DNA of 64,000 nt, from contig OZ220733.1 in assembly GCA_965116875.1 (NCBI GenBank), positions 3,008,001 to 3,072,000 of the forward strand, written 5' to 3'. This DNA comes from Candidatus Latescibacterota bacterium. GTDB taxonomy: Bacteria > Latescibacterota > UBA2968 > GCA-2709665. Both the position numbers and the translations under genes were made by a program. Shown here in pieces: positions 41,287 through 51,871 of this stretch (positions are counted from its first letter, which is position 1; each line of letters opens with the position of its first letter). The notes beneath the pieces were generated by a model. It was not told the DNA's origin. It saw only the letters and a list, made by a program, of their open reading frames with translations, and searched no databases.

Positions 41287-42087
41287 ATGGCTTCACAAGA
41301 CGCCGCGGAAGGCAAAAAAGACTACATTATGGAGCATCTGCTCGATTCGTCGGAGCTCCATTTGCCCTTTGTGCATGTCGAATTGCCTCGTTTCGAACTG
41401 TTTGGCATCGACGTGTCCATTACGCGGCACGTGGTCATGATGTGGGTCGCCTCGGCATTTCTCCTGTGGGTCTTCATAAGGACGACCCGGCGCCGGGGCC
41501 TGGTACCCTCCGGGCTCGCAAATCTGCTGGAGTCGGTTGTCGTATTCATAAGAGATGAAATCGCCGTTCCCAACATCGGCACACGGGAAGCCGGACGGTT
41601 CCTGCCCTTTCTGTTTACCGTCTTCTTCTTCATCCTGACCTGCAATCTGCTGGGCCTGGTACCATATGGCGCAACCGCGACGGGAAACGTCAGCATCACC
41701 GCCGGGCTGGCGATCTGCGCCTTTCTGGTCATTCAGATGGGCGGCATTCTGCACAACGGCTTCCTGGGGTACTTCAAGGGGCTGGTGCCCCACGGACTGC
41801 CGCTGCCGATTACGCTCCTGATGATCCCGATCGAGCTCATCGGTCTGGTTGCCAAACCGTTCGCCCTCTGTATTCGTCTCTTTGCCAATATGACCGCCGG
41901 ACACGTGATCATCCTGGCCTTGCTGGGGCTGATCTTCATGTTCAAGTCGTACGCCGTCGCGCCCGTGTCCGTGCTGTTCGCGCTGGCGATTTATCTGCTC
42001 GAAATCTTCGTGGCAATGGTGCAGGCGTATATCTTCACCATGTTATCCGCTGTTTTTATCGGGATGGCGGTGCATCAGGATCACTGA
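41287..42087 (+). CDS. atpB: F0F1 ATP synthase subunit a
   Basis: NLLGLVP, IRLFANMTAGH (essential Arg), QAYIFTML. Confidence 0.97.
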   Translation: MASQDAAEGKKDYIMEHLLDSSELHLPFVHVELPRFELFGIDVSITRHVVMMWVASAFLLWVFIRTTRRRGLVPSGLANLLESVVVFIRDEIAVPNIGTREAGRFLPFLFTVFFFILTCNLLGLVPYGATATGNVSITAGLAICAFLVIQMGGILHNGFLGYFKGLVPHGLPLPITLLMIPIELIGLVAKPFALCIRLFANMTAGHVIILALLGLIFMFKSYAVAPVSVLFALAIYLLEIFVAMVQAYIFTMLSAVFIGMAVHQDH

Positions 42088-42152
42088 TTGTTCAAAAACG
42101 TTGTCAACGTTTCATCAATAAACCATTAACTTCCTAGCGGAGGAGGTACGTT

Positions 42153-42404
42153 GTGGCAGACGTGGCATCCGTGGCGGCTGAAGCATACGGTTATTTGTCC
42201 GCCGGCATAGGCGCGGGACTGGTAACGATCGGCGCCGGAATTGGAATCGGACGTCTGGCCGGTATGGCCGTGGAGGGCACCGCACGCCAGCCTGAAGCGG
42301 CAGGCGATATCCGGACTTCCATGATCATTACCGCTGCCTTCATCGAGGGTGTGGCCCTCTTCGGGCAGGTGGTCTGCTTCCTTCTGGCGACAAAAGGCGG
42401 CTGA
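42153..42404 (+). CDS. atpE: F0F1 ATP synthase subunit c
   Basis: GAGIGIG, ARQPE loop, IEGVALF; RBS GGAGGAGGT. Confidence 0.97.
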   Translation: MADVASVAAEAYGYLSAGIGAGLVTIGAGIGIGRLAGMAVEGTARQPEAAGDIRTSMIITAAFIEGVALFGQVVCFLLATKGG

Positions 42405-42445
42405 GAAAGCATACCGTTGAGGACGTCCAAATCAGAGGAACGGGT

Positions 42446-42943
42446 ATGTTGCTGAATGTCGATACAGGTCTGATGTTCTGGACCATCATTACCTTCGTCC
42501 TGCTGCTCCTTGTTCTCAGGGCGGTTGCCTGGAAACCGCTGCTGGCCATGCTGGACGAGCGCGAAGGGCGTATTCGGGATTCCCTGAACCAGGCGGAGAA
42601 AGCCAGGGAGGATGCCCGGAACGCGGCCGAGGAAAACCGGCGCGCAATGGAGCAGGCGCAGGCCGAGGCGCGACAGGCCATTTCGGAAGGACGGGAGGCG
42701 GCCGAGCGCGCAGCCCAGGAAGTGCGTCAACGCGCATCGGACGAAGCCCGGCAGATGCTGGAGCAGGCCCGACGGACGATTCGGCAGGAGAAGGAGCAGG
42801 CGATCCAGGAACTCCGTTCGCACGCCGCCGGTCTGGCCATCGAAGCCGCCGGCAAGGTGTTGGACGAAAACCTGGACAACGCCAGAAACAGGAAGCTTGT
42901 CGACGAGTTCATCGACAGCATTCCTGACAATGGACAAAACTGA
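42446..42943 (+). CDS. atpF: F0F1 ATP synthase subunit b
   Basis: N-terminal TM, WKPLL.MLDERE, long coiled coil. Confidence 0.96.
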   Translation: MLLNVDTGLMFWTIITFVLLLLVLRAVAWKPLLAMLDEREGRIRDSLNQAEKAREDARNAAEENRRAMEQAQAEARQAISEGREAAERAAQEVRQRASDEARQMLEQARRTIRQEKEQAIQELRSHAAGLAIEAAGKVLDENLDNARNRKLVDEFIDSIPDNGQN

Positions 42944-42958
42944 TTTCCGGAGCGGAGC

Positions 42959-43504
42959 TTGAACGAAATCCCCGTCGCAATACGTTATGCCAGGGCGCTC
43001 ATCCAGGCGGCTGAAGAGCGGGACGCGCTGGACCGGGTTCGTGAGGACCTGGAGGGCCTTCTGAACCTGATCCGGGAATCGGAAGACCTGCGTGCCTTTC
43101 TCAGTGACCCTCTGATCGTTCCGGAACAAAAGCGGACCGCGGTTCGGAGGCTTTTCTCAGGACGGATCGGGGATCTCACCCTGAATTTCCTGCTGCTTTT
43201 GTGCGACAAGCGGCGCGAGCGGGGGCTCGACGGTATCATCCGGGCGTTTCTGATGCTCCTGGACGAGCAAAGGGGTCTGATCACCGCCTACGTGCGGTCG
43301 GCGCAGGATCTCTCGCAGGACCAGAGATCGAGGCTCGCGCAGCGGTTGGCGGCTTATTCCGGGAAGCAGGTACGGCTGGACGTCGAAATCGACGAGGGTC
43401 TCAAGGCGGGCTTTGTAACCCGGATGGGCGACCACGTATTCGACGCAACCCTCGAAGCGCAGCTGAACCGGATGCGCCAGAGGTTGGTATCGGGTTTCAT
43501 TTAG
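42959..43504 (+). CDS. atpH: F1 subunit delta
   Basis: RYARAL, NFLLLL.DKRR, D.GL.AGFV.RMGD.VFDAT. Confidence 0.95.
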   Translation: MNEIPVAIRYARALIQAAEERDALDRVREDLEGLLNLIRESEDLRAFLSDPLIVPEQKRTAVRRLFSGRIGDLTLNFLLLLCDKRRERGLDGIIRAFLMLLDEQRGLITAYVRSAQDLSQDQRSRLAQRLAAYSGKQVRLDVEIDEGLKAGFVTRMGDHVFDATLEAQLNRMRQRLVSGFI

Positions 43505-43686
43505 CAGTCCGTTGAGAATGTTGTTCGAGCCATCGTGACCGAACGCAAGGCGCGCGATCGAGCCGGATCCGTGGATTCGGGCAGGGAACGCAACGCGGTC
43601 ATTCGGCCACAAGGGCGAGCCGCCTGCCTGCAGCGGGCAGACCGGATGAGCTTTTTCAACGGCAGATAACCGAGGTGTAGACACTT

Positions 43687-45207
43687 ATGGCGATGAACTT
43701 GCAGATTCGCCCCGATGAAGTCTCCGATATTCTCAAACAGCAGATTCTGGAGGCGGAACGGGACATTGACGTTTACGAAACCGGGACCGTGCTGCAGGTG
43801 GGCGACGGCGTGGCGCGCGTTCACGGGCTGGGCAACGCGCAGGCCAGCGAACTGGTGGCGTTTCCCGAAAACATCATGGGCATGGCGTTCAACCTGGAGG
43901 AGGACAACGTCGGGTGCGTCCTCTTCGGAGACGACACGGCAATCAAGGAAGGCGACCAGGTCAAGCGGACGGGACGCGTCGTCGAAGTGCCCGTGGGAGA
44001 CGAATTGCTGGGCCGCGTGGTTACGCCTCTGGGCGAGCCGCTGGATGGCAAGGGGCCGGTTCAGACTTCGCAGACGTTGCCCGTGGAACGGATTGCGCCC
44101 GGAGTGATTCAACGCCAGCCGGTGGAAGAGGCGCTGCAGACCGGAATCAAGGTGGTGGATGCCGCAACGCCGATCGGACGCGGACAGCGCGAGTTGATCA
44201 TCGGCGACCGGCAGACCGGGAAGACGGCCATCGGTCTGGACGCGATTATCAATCAGAAAGACAGCGGCGTCAAATGTATCTACGTGGGGATCGGACAAAA
44301 GGCGTCGTCCGTGGCCAAGGTCGTCGCCGAGCTCGAGGCGAACGGCGCCCTGGGGTACACCATCGTGGTATCGGCCACGGCCAGCGACCCCGCGCCGCTC
44401 CAGTTCCTGGCCCCGTATGCCGGTTGCTCGATGGGCGAGTACTTCCGCGACAAGGGCGAACACGCATTGATCGTGTACGACGATCTCTCCAAGCAGGCCT
44501 GGGCATACCGTGAAATGGCCCTGGTCCTGCGCCGGCCGCCCGGGAGGGAAGCCTATCCGGGCGACGTGTTCTACCTGCACTCGCGCCTTCTGGAACGCGC
44601 CTGCAAACTGAGCGACGAAGAGGGCGGGGGCTCTCTCACGGCGCTGCCCATCATCGAAATTCTGGAAGGAGACGTATCCACGTTCGTGCCTACCAATGTC
44701 ATTTCCATAACGGACGGGCAGATTCTGCTGAAGCCGGAATTGTTCTATTCAGGCATCCGGCCGGCAATGGACGTCGGCGCTTCCGTCTCCCGGGTCAGCT
44801 CGGCGAAGACCAAGGCCATGAGGGCGGTTTCAGGCACCTTAAGCGGCGATATCGCGCGTTACAACGAGGTGCAGGCCTTTGCGCAATTCGGGGCATCGGA
44901 CCTGGATACGGCCACGCGCAACCTGCTGAACCGTGGCGAGAAACTGATCGAAATCCTCAAGCAGGACCAGTACCTGCCGATGTCGCTCGGAGCGCAGGTG
45001 GTGTCTCTCACCGTCGGGGCGAGCATCGATGAACTGCCCACGGAGGACGTCAGACGATTCGAGGGCGAGGTGCTTGCCTACATGCGCGATCACCACCAGG
45101 ACGTGGTGGACGAGATTTCGAGCAGTGAAGCGTTGAGCGACGAGGCGCGTGGCGTTATAGACGCCGCCATCGAGCATGTCAAACGCGGCTTTCAGGCGTC
45201 GGCGTAG
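43687..45207 (+). CDS. atpA: F1 subunit alpha
   Basis: [51 protein letters not shown]. Confidence 0.97.
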   Translation: MAMNLQIRPDEVSDILKQQILEAERDIDVYETGTVLQVGDGVARVHGLGNAQASELVAFPENIMGMAFNLEEDNVGCVLFGDDTAIKEGDQVKRTGRVVEVPVGDELLGRVVTPLGEPLDGKGPVQTSQTLPVERIAPGVIQRQPVEEALQTGIKVVDAATPIGRGQRELIIGDRQTGKTAIGLDAIINQKDSGVKCIYVGIGQKASSVAKVVAELEANGALGYTIVVSATASDPAPLQFLAPYAGCSMGEYFRDKGEHALIVYDDLSKQAWAYREMALVLRRPPGREAYPGDVFYLHSRLLERACKLSDEEGGGSLTALPIIEILEGDVSTFVPTNVISITDGQILLKPELFYSGIRPAMDVGASVSRVSSAKTKAMRAVSGTLSGDIARYNEVQAFAQFGASDLDTATRNLLNRGEKLIEILKQDQYLPMSLGAQVVSLTVGASIDELPTEDVRRFEGEVLAYMRDHHQDVVDEISSSEALSDEARGVIDAAIEHVKRGFQASA

Positions 45208-45226
45208 ACGTACGGAGGGGTAGCCG

Positions 45227-46078
45227 GTGGCGACATTACGTCAACTCCGAAACCGGGTGACCGGCGTCAAGAATATCCAGAAAGTCACCCACGCCATGCA
45301 GCTGGTGGCCGCGGCCAGGGTGCGGAAAGCCCAGGATGCCATCCTCGCTGCCCGGCCCTACGCCGAACAACTGGACCGTATTCTTCAACGGCTGACCGCG
45401 AGTATAGACGCGGACCGGCATCCCCTCTTCCGCCAGGGCGAGTCCGGCAGAATCTCGGTCGCGGTCGTGACCGCGGACCGCGGTTTGTGCGGCGGGTTCA
45501 ACGCCGGGATCTGCCGCAGGGTGCTGTCGGAGCTCGAAGAACACGGTGACGTCGAACTGGTCGCTATTGGAAGGAAGGGGCGGGATTTTTTTCGACAGCG
45601 TGGATTTGCGATCAGCCGGGAATACCTTGACGTTTTCGGCGAATTGAATCTGGGTCAGGCCGTTTCCATCGCACGGGACCTTACGGGTCGATTCACGTCC
45701 GGCGACGTGGACCAGGTGTGGATCGCCAACAACGAGTTCCTCTCCCTCGGACGCCAGGAGCCGGCAATCAACCGGCTGCTGCCGATTGTGCCCCAGGAAG
45801 CCGACGAAGAGAGCGCCGCCGGCGAGTACATCTTCGAGCCCGATCCGGAGCAGTTGCTTGAGACGCTCGTTCCGAGACACGTGAATTTCCAGGTCTGGCG
45901 CGCCCTTCTGGAGTCCAATGCCGGAGAGCAGGCCGCCCGAATGGCGGCGATGGACAACGCGACGAAGAACGCCGGTGACCTGATCGAAGAATTGACGCGC
46001 GAGATGAACAAAGTGCGCCAGTCTTCGATTACCCTGGAACTGATGGACATCATCGGCGGCGCCGAAGCCGTGGCGTAG
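45227..46078 (+). CDS. atpG: F1 subunit gamma
   Basis: DRGLCGGFN, EQAARMAAMDNATKNA, RQSSITLE. Confidence 0.97.
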   Translation: MATLRQLRNRVTGVKNIQKVTHAMQLVAAARVRKAQDAILAARPYAEQLDRILQRLTASIDADRHPLFRQGESGRISVAVVTADRGLCGGFNAGICRRVLSELEEHGDVELVAIGRKGRDFFRQRGFAISREYLDVFGELNLGQAVSIARDLTGRFTSGDVDQVWIANNEFLSLGRQEPAINRLLPIVPQEADEESAAGEYIFEPDPEQLLETLVPRHVNFQVWRALLESNAGEQAARMAAMDNATKNAGDLIEELTREMNKVRQSSITLELMDIIGGAEAVA

Positions 46079-46158
46079 GGGGAATCACATTAAGTTTCGA
46101 TCCTGGTTTTCTCTTTGTCTCACTGCTACCGTGAATCACGTCTCACGATTTTTTAATT

Positions 46159-46287
46159 CGGTGAGAAGGTAGAGGTTAGACGGTAGATGAAATCCTTGCC
46201 CGGTGTGTTTTTCCTCCTTGCCATCGGCACAAGAAGAAAACTCACAAGGCAGGTAAACTCTACCCTCTACCGTCTCCCGTCTCACCG
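46159..46287 (+). repeat. 129-bp MITE-like element with inverted heptamer arms (copy A, atpG-atpD gap)
   Basis: Ungapped hand alignment to 50731-50859 gives 108/129 identical. Left arm cggtgag-aaggtag-aggttag-acggtag is inverted against right arm ctaccct-ctaccgt-ctcccgt-ctcaccg. Confidence 0.85.
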
Positions 46288-46305
46288 CCTTTAGCTGATC
46301 GCTGA

Positions 46306-47721
<1,416 letters not shown>

Positions 47722-47734
47722 TACCGGGAATGCG

Positions 47735-48139
47735 ATGCCGACGTTTCAGCTTGAAATTGTCACACCGGAGAAGACGGTTTACTCGGGCGAGGTGGAGCGG
47801 CTGCGGGCGCCGGGAACCGAAGGCGGTTTTGGCGTGCTTGCCGGACACCATCCGATGCTGGCCTCGCTGAGCGTCGGAGAAATGGTCTTTTCCGAACAGG
47901 AACAGGGGCCAAGGTCCATCGCAATTGGCGGCGGGTTTGCGGAAGTCCAGCGTGACCGCGTCACCGTGCTGGCCGAGACGGCGGAACTCGCGCAGGAAAT
48001 CGACGTGACGCGGGCAGAAGCCGCCAGGGACCGCGCGAGGGAAAGGCTGGCGCAAAAACGCGATCAGCAGATCGACGAAGCGCGGGCGAGCCTGGCCCTG
48101 GCGCGGGCGATCAACCGGCTGCGGATCGGGGTACAATAG
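47735..48139 (+). CDS. atpC: F1 subunit epsilon
   Basis: LEIVTPE, PG.EG.FGVL.GH, GGFAEV, C-terminal helical hairpin. Confidence 0.96.
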   Translation: MPTFQLEIVTPEKTVYSGEVERLRAPGTEGGFGVLAGHHPMLASLSVGEMVFSEQEQGPRSIAIGGGFAEVQRDRVTVLAETAELAQEIDVTRAEAARDRARERLAQKRDQQIDEARASLALARAINRLRIGVQ

Positions 48140-48173
48140 GGCGGACTGGAAGACAAGGCCTCTGCCGCGGTAC

Positions 48174-48209
48174 AGCGTGGGTGGGTTTCGAAACCCACCC
48201 GCTTTTTTT
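48174..48209 (+). terminator. Intrinsic terminator of the atp operon
   Basis: gggtgggtt-tcga-aacccaccc stem-loop followed by T7. Confidence 0.9.
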
Positions 48210-48438
48210 GTAGGAATAAAACCTTCTAACGTGCGGGGAAACAACAAGCAGGAGATCCACCCGAAACCGCTTCTGCGATTTGTCGAATTTTGTTCTCTTT
48301 TGTTCGTTGATATATGATATAAATACCTATTTTTTGGGGCATATATACAATGTTAGCCAGACGGCCCTGCGTGTCTCATCGGTCCAGAACCGCCACAAAC
48401 CACTTATTGATTTTTTCGCCAATTACAAGGCAAACGTG

Positions 48439-48467
48439 TTGCCTTTCGGGGCAATTTGCACTATAAT
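48439..48467 (+). promoter_or_regulatory. Sigma70 promoter of the YjzC leader/operon
   Basis: TTGCCT-N17-TATAAT. Confidence 0.75.
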
Positions 48468-48581
48468 ATAAAATAGAACGGCAGGCCGGTTATCCCCGAC
48501 CTGCCGGTGCTGATTCTGTTACCAGCAGAAGCAGCAAGCGCCCAAAGTATTCTGGGTACAAAGAGCGCAATATCAAACGCC

Positions 48582-48610
48582 AATTTACGCCCAATTGCCT
48601 CTAAAGTCAA
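48582..48610 (-). promoter_or_regulatory. Putative antisense sigma70 promoter inside the leader
   Basis: Minus strand reads TTGACT-N17-TAAATT. Confidence 0.5.
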
Positions 48611-48647
48611 GCCCGGATTCAGTGAGCGCTGAATCCGGGCCTTTTTT
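48611..48647 (+). terminator. Intrinsic terminator/attenuator upstream of the YjzC gene
   Basis: 12-bp perfect stem gcccggattcag/ctgaatccgggc plus T6. Confidence 0.85.
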
Positions 48648-48732
48648 GTCTCCGGCAAAGGAGGTGAAGAAACTTCCGCCGGGACGCAAACAAACCGATA
48701 CGCAATAATACGAAAAATAGGAGAATATTTCC

Positions 48733-48924
48733 ATGTCAAAAGGGAATATCCAAAAGTCAGGCGAAATCGCCGATACCTCCGGTATATACGGAATTGTAGG
48801 ACCGCGCGGTGGACACACTGGCATAGAGCGGACTGTCGTAAAAGGCGAACCCCTGCCCCCGGTGCTGGAGCCGGGCCAGGGATTCGTGCTCCTTGACCCC
48901 ACGAATACCGACGGCAAACGCTGA
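48733..48924 (+). CDS. YjzC-like small protein
   Basis: SGE.A..SGIY..VGPRGG.TG.ERTVVKGEPLPP pattern typical of the YjzC family; RBS AGGAGA. Confidence 0.8.
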   Translation: MSKGNIQKSGEIADTSGIYGIVGPRGGHTGIERTVVKGEPLPPVLEPGQGFVLLDPTNTDGKR

Positions 48925-49010
48925 TAAGCCCGGAGGCCAGATTCGACGAGGGACGGCTGAATCTTGGCCGCCCCTCGGTCATTCCTCCCCACAGAAATCA
49001 GGAGACTCGG

Positions 49011-49235
49011 ATGAATTCTGAATTCAACTGGAAGCGTTGCCATTACCTGAAGAGAATCATGTACGACGATAACGACCTTTTGACAGGTACACAGGAACCC
49101 ACATCAATAGACGTCATTAATGAGTGCACTGACAGGACATACAAACCAGGCGGCTTGAATGTGGGATGCGATGAAACGGAATGCAACAATCCCAACCGGA
49201 AGCACGGACGCCCCAAATTCGTCACGGGAAATTGA
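49011..49235 (+). CDS. Small Cys-containing hypothetical protein (74 aa)
   Basis: RBS AGGAGA, 4 Cys, lies between two co-oriented small ORFs. Confidence 0.55.
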   Translation: MNSEFNWKRCHYLKRIMYDDNDLLTGTQEPTSIDVINECTDRTYKPGGLNVGCDETECNNPNRKHGRPKFVTGN

Positions 49236-49264
49236 CAACCTGACCCGGAAAAGGAGGTCTACCC

Positions 49265-49531
49265 ATGTTCACAGAAGAGGAAACTCAAAAATACGCATAT
49301 CACTCCATAAAATCAGACGCGGATGTTTACCACGTATGCCGAAACTGCACAGAGGGAAACGACATTGAACCTGAAAACAGATCCGCTGGCAAGGGAGACA
49401 AGAAAAAACTCTGCGAAAAATGCAAAAGCATGAAACAATGCGACATGGATACGGAAGAACGCGTGAGGTCCAGAGAAAAAGGATTGAAAAATTGGAAAAA
49501 GATGCAGAAAGGGAACCCCAATCTAAAATGA
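49265..49531 (+). CDS. Small putative Zn-binding protein (88 aa)
   Basis: RBS AAGGAGGT; YHS..VYH.C..C.EGN.IE.EN...G....LCxxC pattern. Confidence 0.7.
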   Translation: MFTEEETQKYAYHSIKSDADVYHVCRNCTEGNDIEPENRSAGKGDKKKLCEKCKSMKQCDMDTEERVRSREKGLKNWKKMQKGNPNLK

Positions 49532-49840
49532 CGGCCTGAAATACTTCCCGAATCGTACTTCAAACGCAACCCATCCTCCGGAGGGTCAATTCCATGACCT
49601 CAGCACTTCAGACAGTTCCACTCGCTTTGTGATAAACTCCGTCCAATCAATAAATCTAATTGCTTCTGTGGCTCAAAAACTGGAGGAGATGACCATTCGT
49701 ATAGAAGAAGAGCTTCGGAACTCTCAACAACCCCCATCGTAGACGAGCAAGATAAGACCGAGTCAACCGCAGTAACCTCACTCATAATGTCCTGCCTCCC
49801 TTTGGGTTATTTACAACACCGCCTATTTCAAGGGACCAAA

Positions 49841-50338
49841 ATGGATCTTATAGAAAATCTTACCCACAAAGAGATTGTCCTGTTCGGCGCAGTTGGGAAC
49901 TGGGTGGCGGCATTCGCAACAGCAACAACTGCCATCGTTGCAATCTGGTTAGCACGTTATCCACATAAAACCAAATTGAATATTGAAGCAGGATACGCAC
50001 TTCTGACACCTGGCAGAAGGTCGTTCAGTGAAGGATTGCGAATAAACATCGTCAACATGGGTAGAAAAACGGTAGTAATCAACAATATTAAACTTCTAAA
50101 AAACGAAGGAAAAAAGAAGCGTTGGGTCTTTCTCCATCATTGGGACGATGCTCGTATTATTGAAAGTGAACACGACGCGCAAATAGATATTACACATTCA
50201 GAATACGACAGGTGGAAAAGAGACCTGATACACGATTTAAAACTGGTTGACGATGAAACATTGAAGACAATACGCCTTCAGATTACCACATCAACAGGAT
50301 ATACCAAAGGTGAAGTTGAACGAGCACTTCATAGATGA
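49841..50338 (+). CDS. Hypothetical protein with single N-terminal TM helix
   Basis: WVAAFATATTAIVAIWLA TM segment followed by a beta-rich soluble domain; AT-rich codon usage. Confidence 0.65.
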   Translation: MDLIENLTHKEIVLFGAVGNWVAAFATATTAIVAIWLARYPHKTKLNIEAGYALLTPGRRSFSEGLRINIVNMGRKTVVINNIKLLKNEGKKKRWVFLHHWDDARIIESEHDAQIDITHSEYDRWKRDLIHDLKLVDDETLKTIRLQITTSTGYTKGEVERALHR

Positions 50339-50464
50339 TCTAAGACACGAAATCGAAATGAGGAACATAGAAAGAGAAAAGTCACAATAACCGCACCCCT
50401 CTATTCCCTCCCTTTTCGCTGGCTAACACTGTATATAAGCCCCTATTTTTCAATTTCTTGATTT

Positions 50465-50623
50465 GTAGGGGCAACCCGTGTGGTTGCCCAGTAGTGACGC
50501 GGACACCGCCGATAGACGTCGCCGGGACATATCGCTCGCTTTCAGATAGGCATTCGGTTATCGAGCGCGAAGTCTCTCGCGAGCACTTCCAGAGCAGGGC
50601 GCGTTGTTCCGTCCCGCACCGAT
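50465..50623 (+). repeat. GTAG-type REP plus conserved 103-bp block (copy 1)
   Basis: REP gtaggggcaacccgtgtggttgccc at 50465-50489. Block 50521-50623 matches the reverse complement of 58496-58598 at 91/103 by hand. Confidence 0.85.
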
Positions 50624-50730
50624 TTACGTTATCCTCCGGGGTGGCAGACCAGCGTATCAGGTGCGTACCGTGAGGGTATTCGCGCCATGCATATGGCAGG
50701 CCCCGCGCCCAGCGGCGACTATACCAAAAT

Positions 50731-50859
50731 CGGTAAGAAGGTAGAGGGAAGCCGGTAGAGGAAGTCGTTGCCCAGTATGTTTTACCTCCTTGCCTTCGGC
50801 ACTAAAAGAATCCGCACACGGCAGGTAATCTCTACCCTCTCCCGTCTCACCTCTCACCG
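50731..50859 (+). repeat. 129-bp MITE-like element with inverted heptamer arms (copy B)
   Basis: Same length and orientation as 46159-46287, 108/129 identical. Confidence 0.85.
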
Positions 50860-50876
50860 CTTTCAGGGGTTTCTAC

Positions 50877-51629
50877 ATGACAAATCCCACCATCGATCTC
50901 CTGATGTCGCATCGGAGCATTCGCAGGTTCAAGGATCGGCCCCTTCCCGAAGGCGTCCTCGAAACACTGATCCGGTGCGGGCAGCAGGCGAGCACGTCCA
51001 GCAATGTGCAGGCCTACACCGTCATTCACGTTTCTGATCCCGAGCGGAAGAAACGATTGGCCGAACTGTGCGCCGACCAGGTGCAGATTCACCAGAGCGC
51101 GGCGTTTCTGGCCTTCTGCGCGGATCTGCACCGGGACCGGATGGCCAACCGGATGCACGACGCGGAGCGATTCGACGGGGACTATGCGGAAGCCCTGATG
51201 ATTGCGACCGTGGACGTGGCGCTGATGATGCAGAACGTGGCCATCGCGGCTGAGTCGCTGGGACTGGGCATCTGTATGATCGGCGCGATGCGGAACAATC
51301 CGAAATCCGTAGGGAGGTTACTCGACCTTCCCCCTTACGTGGTGGCCGTGGCCGGCTTCTGCATCGGGTATCCGGACCAGACGCCGGAAGTCAAACCGCG
51401 CCTGCCCCTCGACGCGGTCCTGCATCGCGAGCGATACCTGTGCGACGAAACGCATCAGTTGGCCATGGAGGAATACGACAGGACGATGGTCGAGTTCTAT
51501 GCCTCGCAGGGGATGCACGAGGGTGACGAGCGATGGACGAAAGTCATGGCCGGGCGCACAGGACAGTTTCACGCCCGTGCCGAACTTGATGAATTCCTCA
51601 CGGCCCAGGGCTTCCGGCTCCGTCGCTAA
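50877..51629 (+). CDS. NfsA/Frp-family NADPH-dependent flavin/nitro-reductase
   Basis: HRSIRRF, ASTSSNVQ, AAESLGLG.C.IGA.RN, KPRLP...VLH.E.Y, QGF. Confidence 0.92.
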   Translation: MTNPTIDLLMSHRSIRRFKDRPLPEGVLETLIRCGQQASTSSNVQAYTVIHVSDPERKKRLAELCADQVQIHQSAAFLAFCADLHRDRMANRMHDAERFDGDYAEALMIATVDVALMMQNVAIAAESLGLGICMIGAMRNNPKSVGRLLDLPPYVVAVAGFCIGYPDQTPEVKPRLPLDAVLHRERYLCDETHQLAMEEYDRTMVEFYASQGMHEGDERWTKVMAGRTGQFHARAELDEFLTAQGFRLRR

Positions 51630-51725
51630 AGTCCCATCCTACCTGCCTTCCCCTTGACGATCTCCACGTCATTGCGTATACATTGAGAAACAGAACGGCC
51701 CGCACATCCGCTGGAGAAAAGCGTA

Positions 51726-51860
51726 ATGTCCGATTCTACAATAGACAGGCTCGTGGGCGAGGTCGTAAAGCGTGTTAACCCCCCGCGAATCGTGCTTTTC
51801 GGTTCGGCGGCCAGGGAGATCGATGATACAGCCCCCGGTTACGCTAAGTCATTTATCTAA
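51726..51860 (+). pseudogene. Truncated MNT (minimal nucleotidyltransferase) remnant
   Basis: Hand translation MSDSTIDRLVGEVVKRVNPPRIVLFGSAAREIDD..*; the LFGS motif is present but the SDxD part is lost. RBS GGAG. Confidence 0.7.
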
Positions 51861-51871
51861 GAAAACAGATC

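Larger units (their letters stand above)
48474..48647 (+). ncRNA. Candidate structured leader or sRNA ending in an intrinsic terminator
   Basis: Hairpins at 48479-48506 and 48508-48536, then a terminator at 48611-48647, directly downstream of a promoter. No RBS-supported ORF. Confidence 0.5.

Noticed and set aside
48474-48647. tRNA or known riboswitch in the structured leader
   Set aside because: No T-loop or acceptor stem, and no aptamer consensus I can recognise. Kept only as an unclassified candidate RNA.
49600-49785. 61-aa minus-strand ORF with GGGAGG upstream
   Set aside because: No recognisable motif and it opposes its neighbours; it cannot be supported without homologs.
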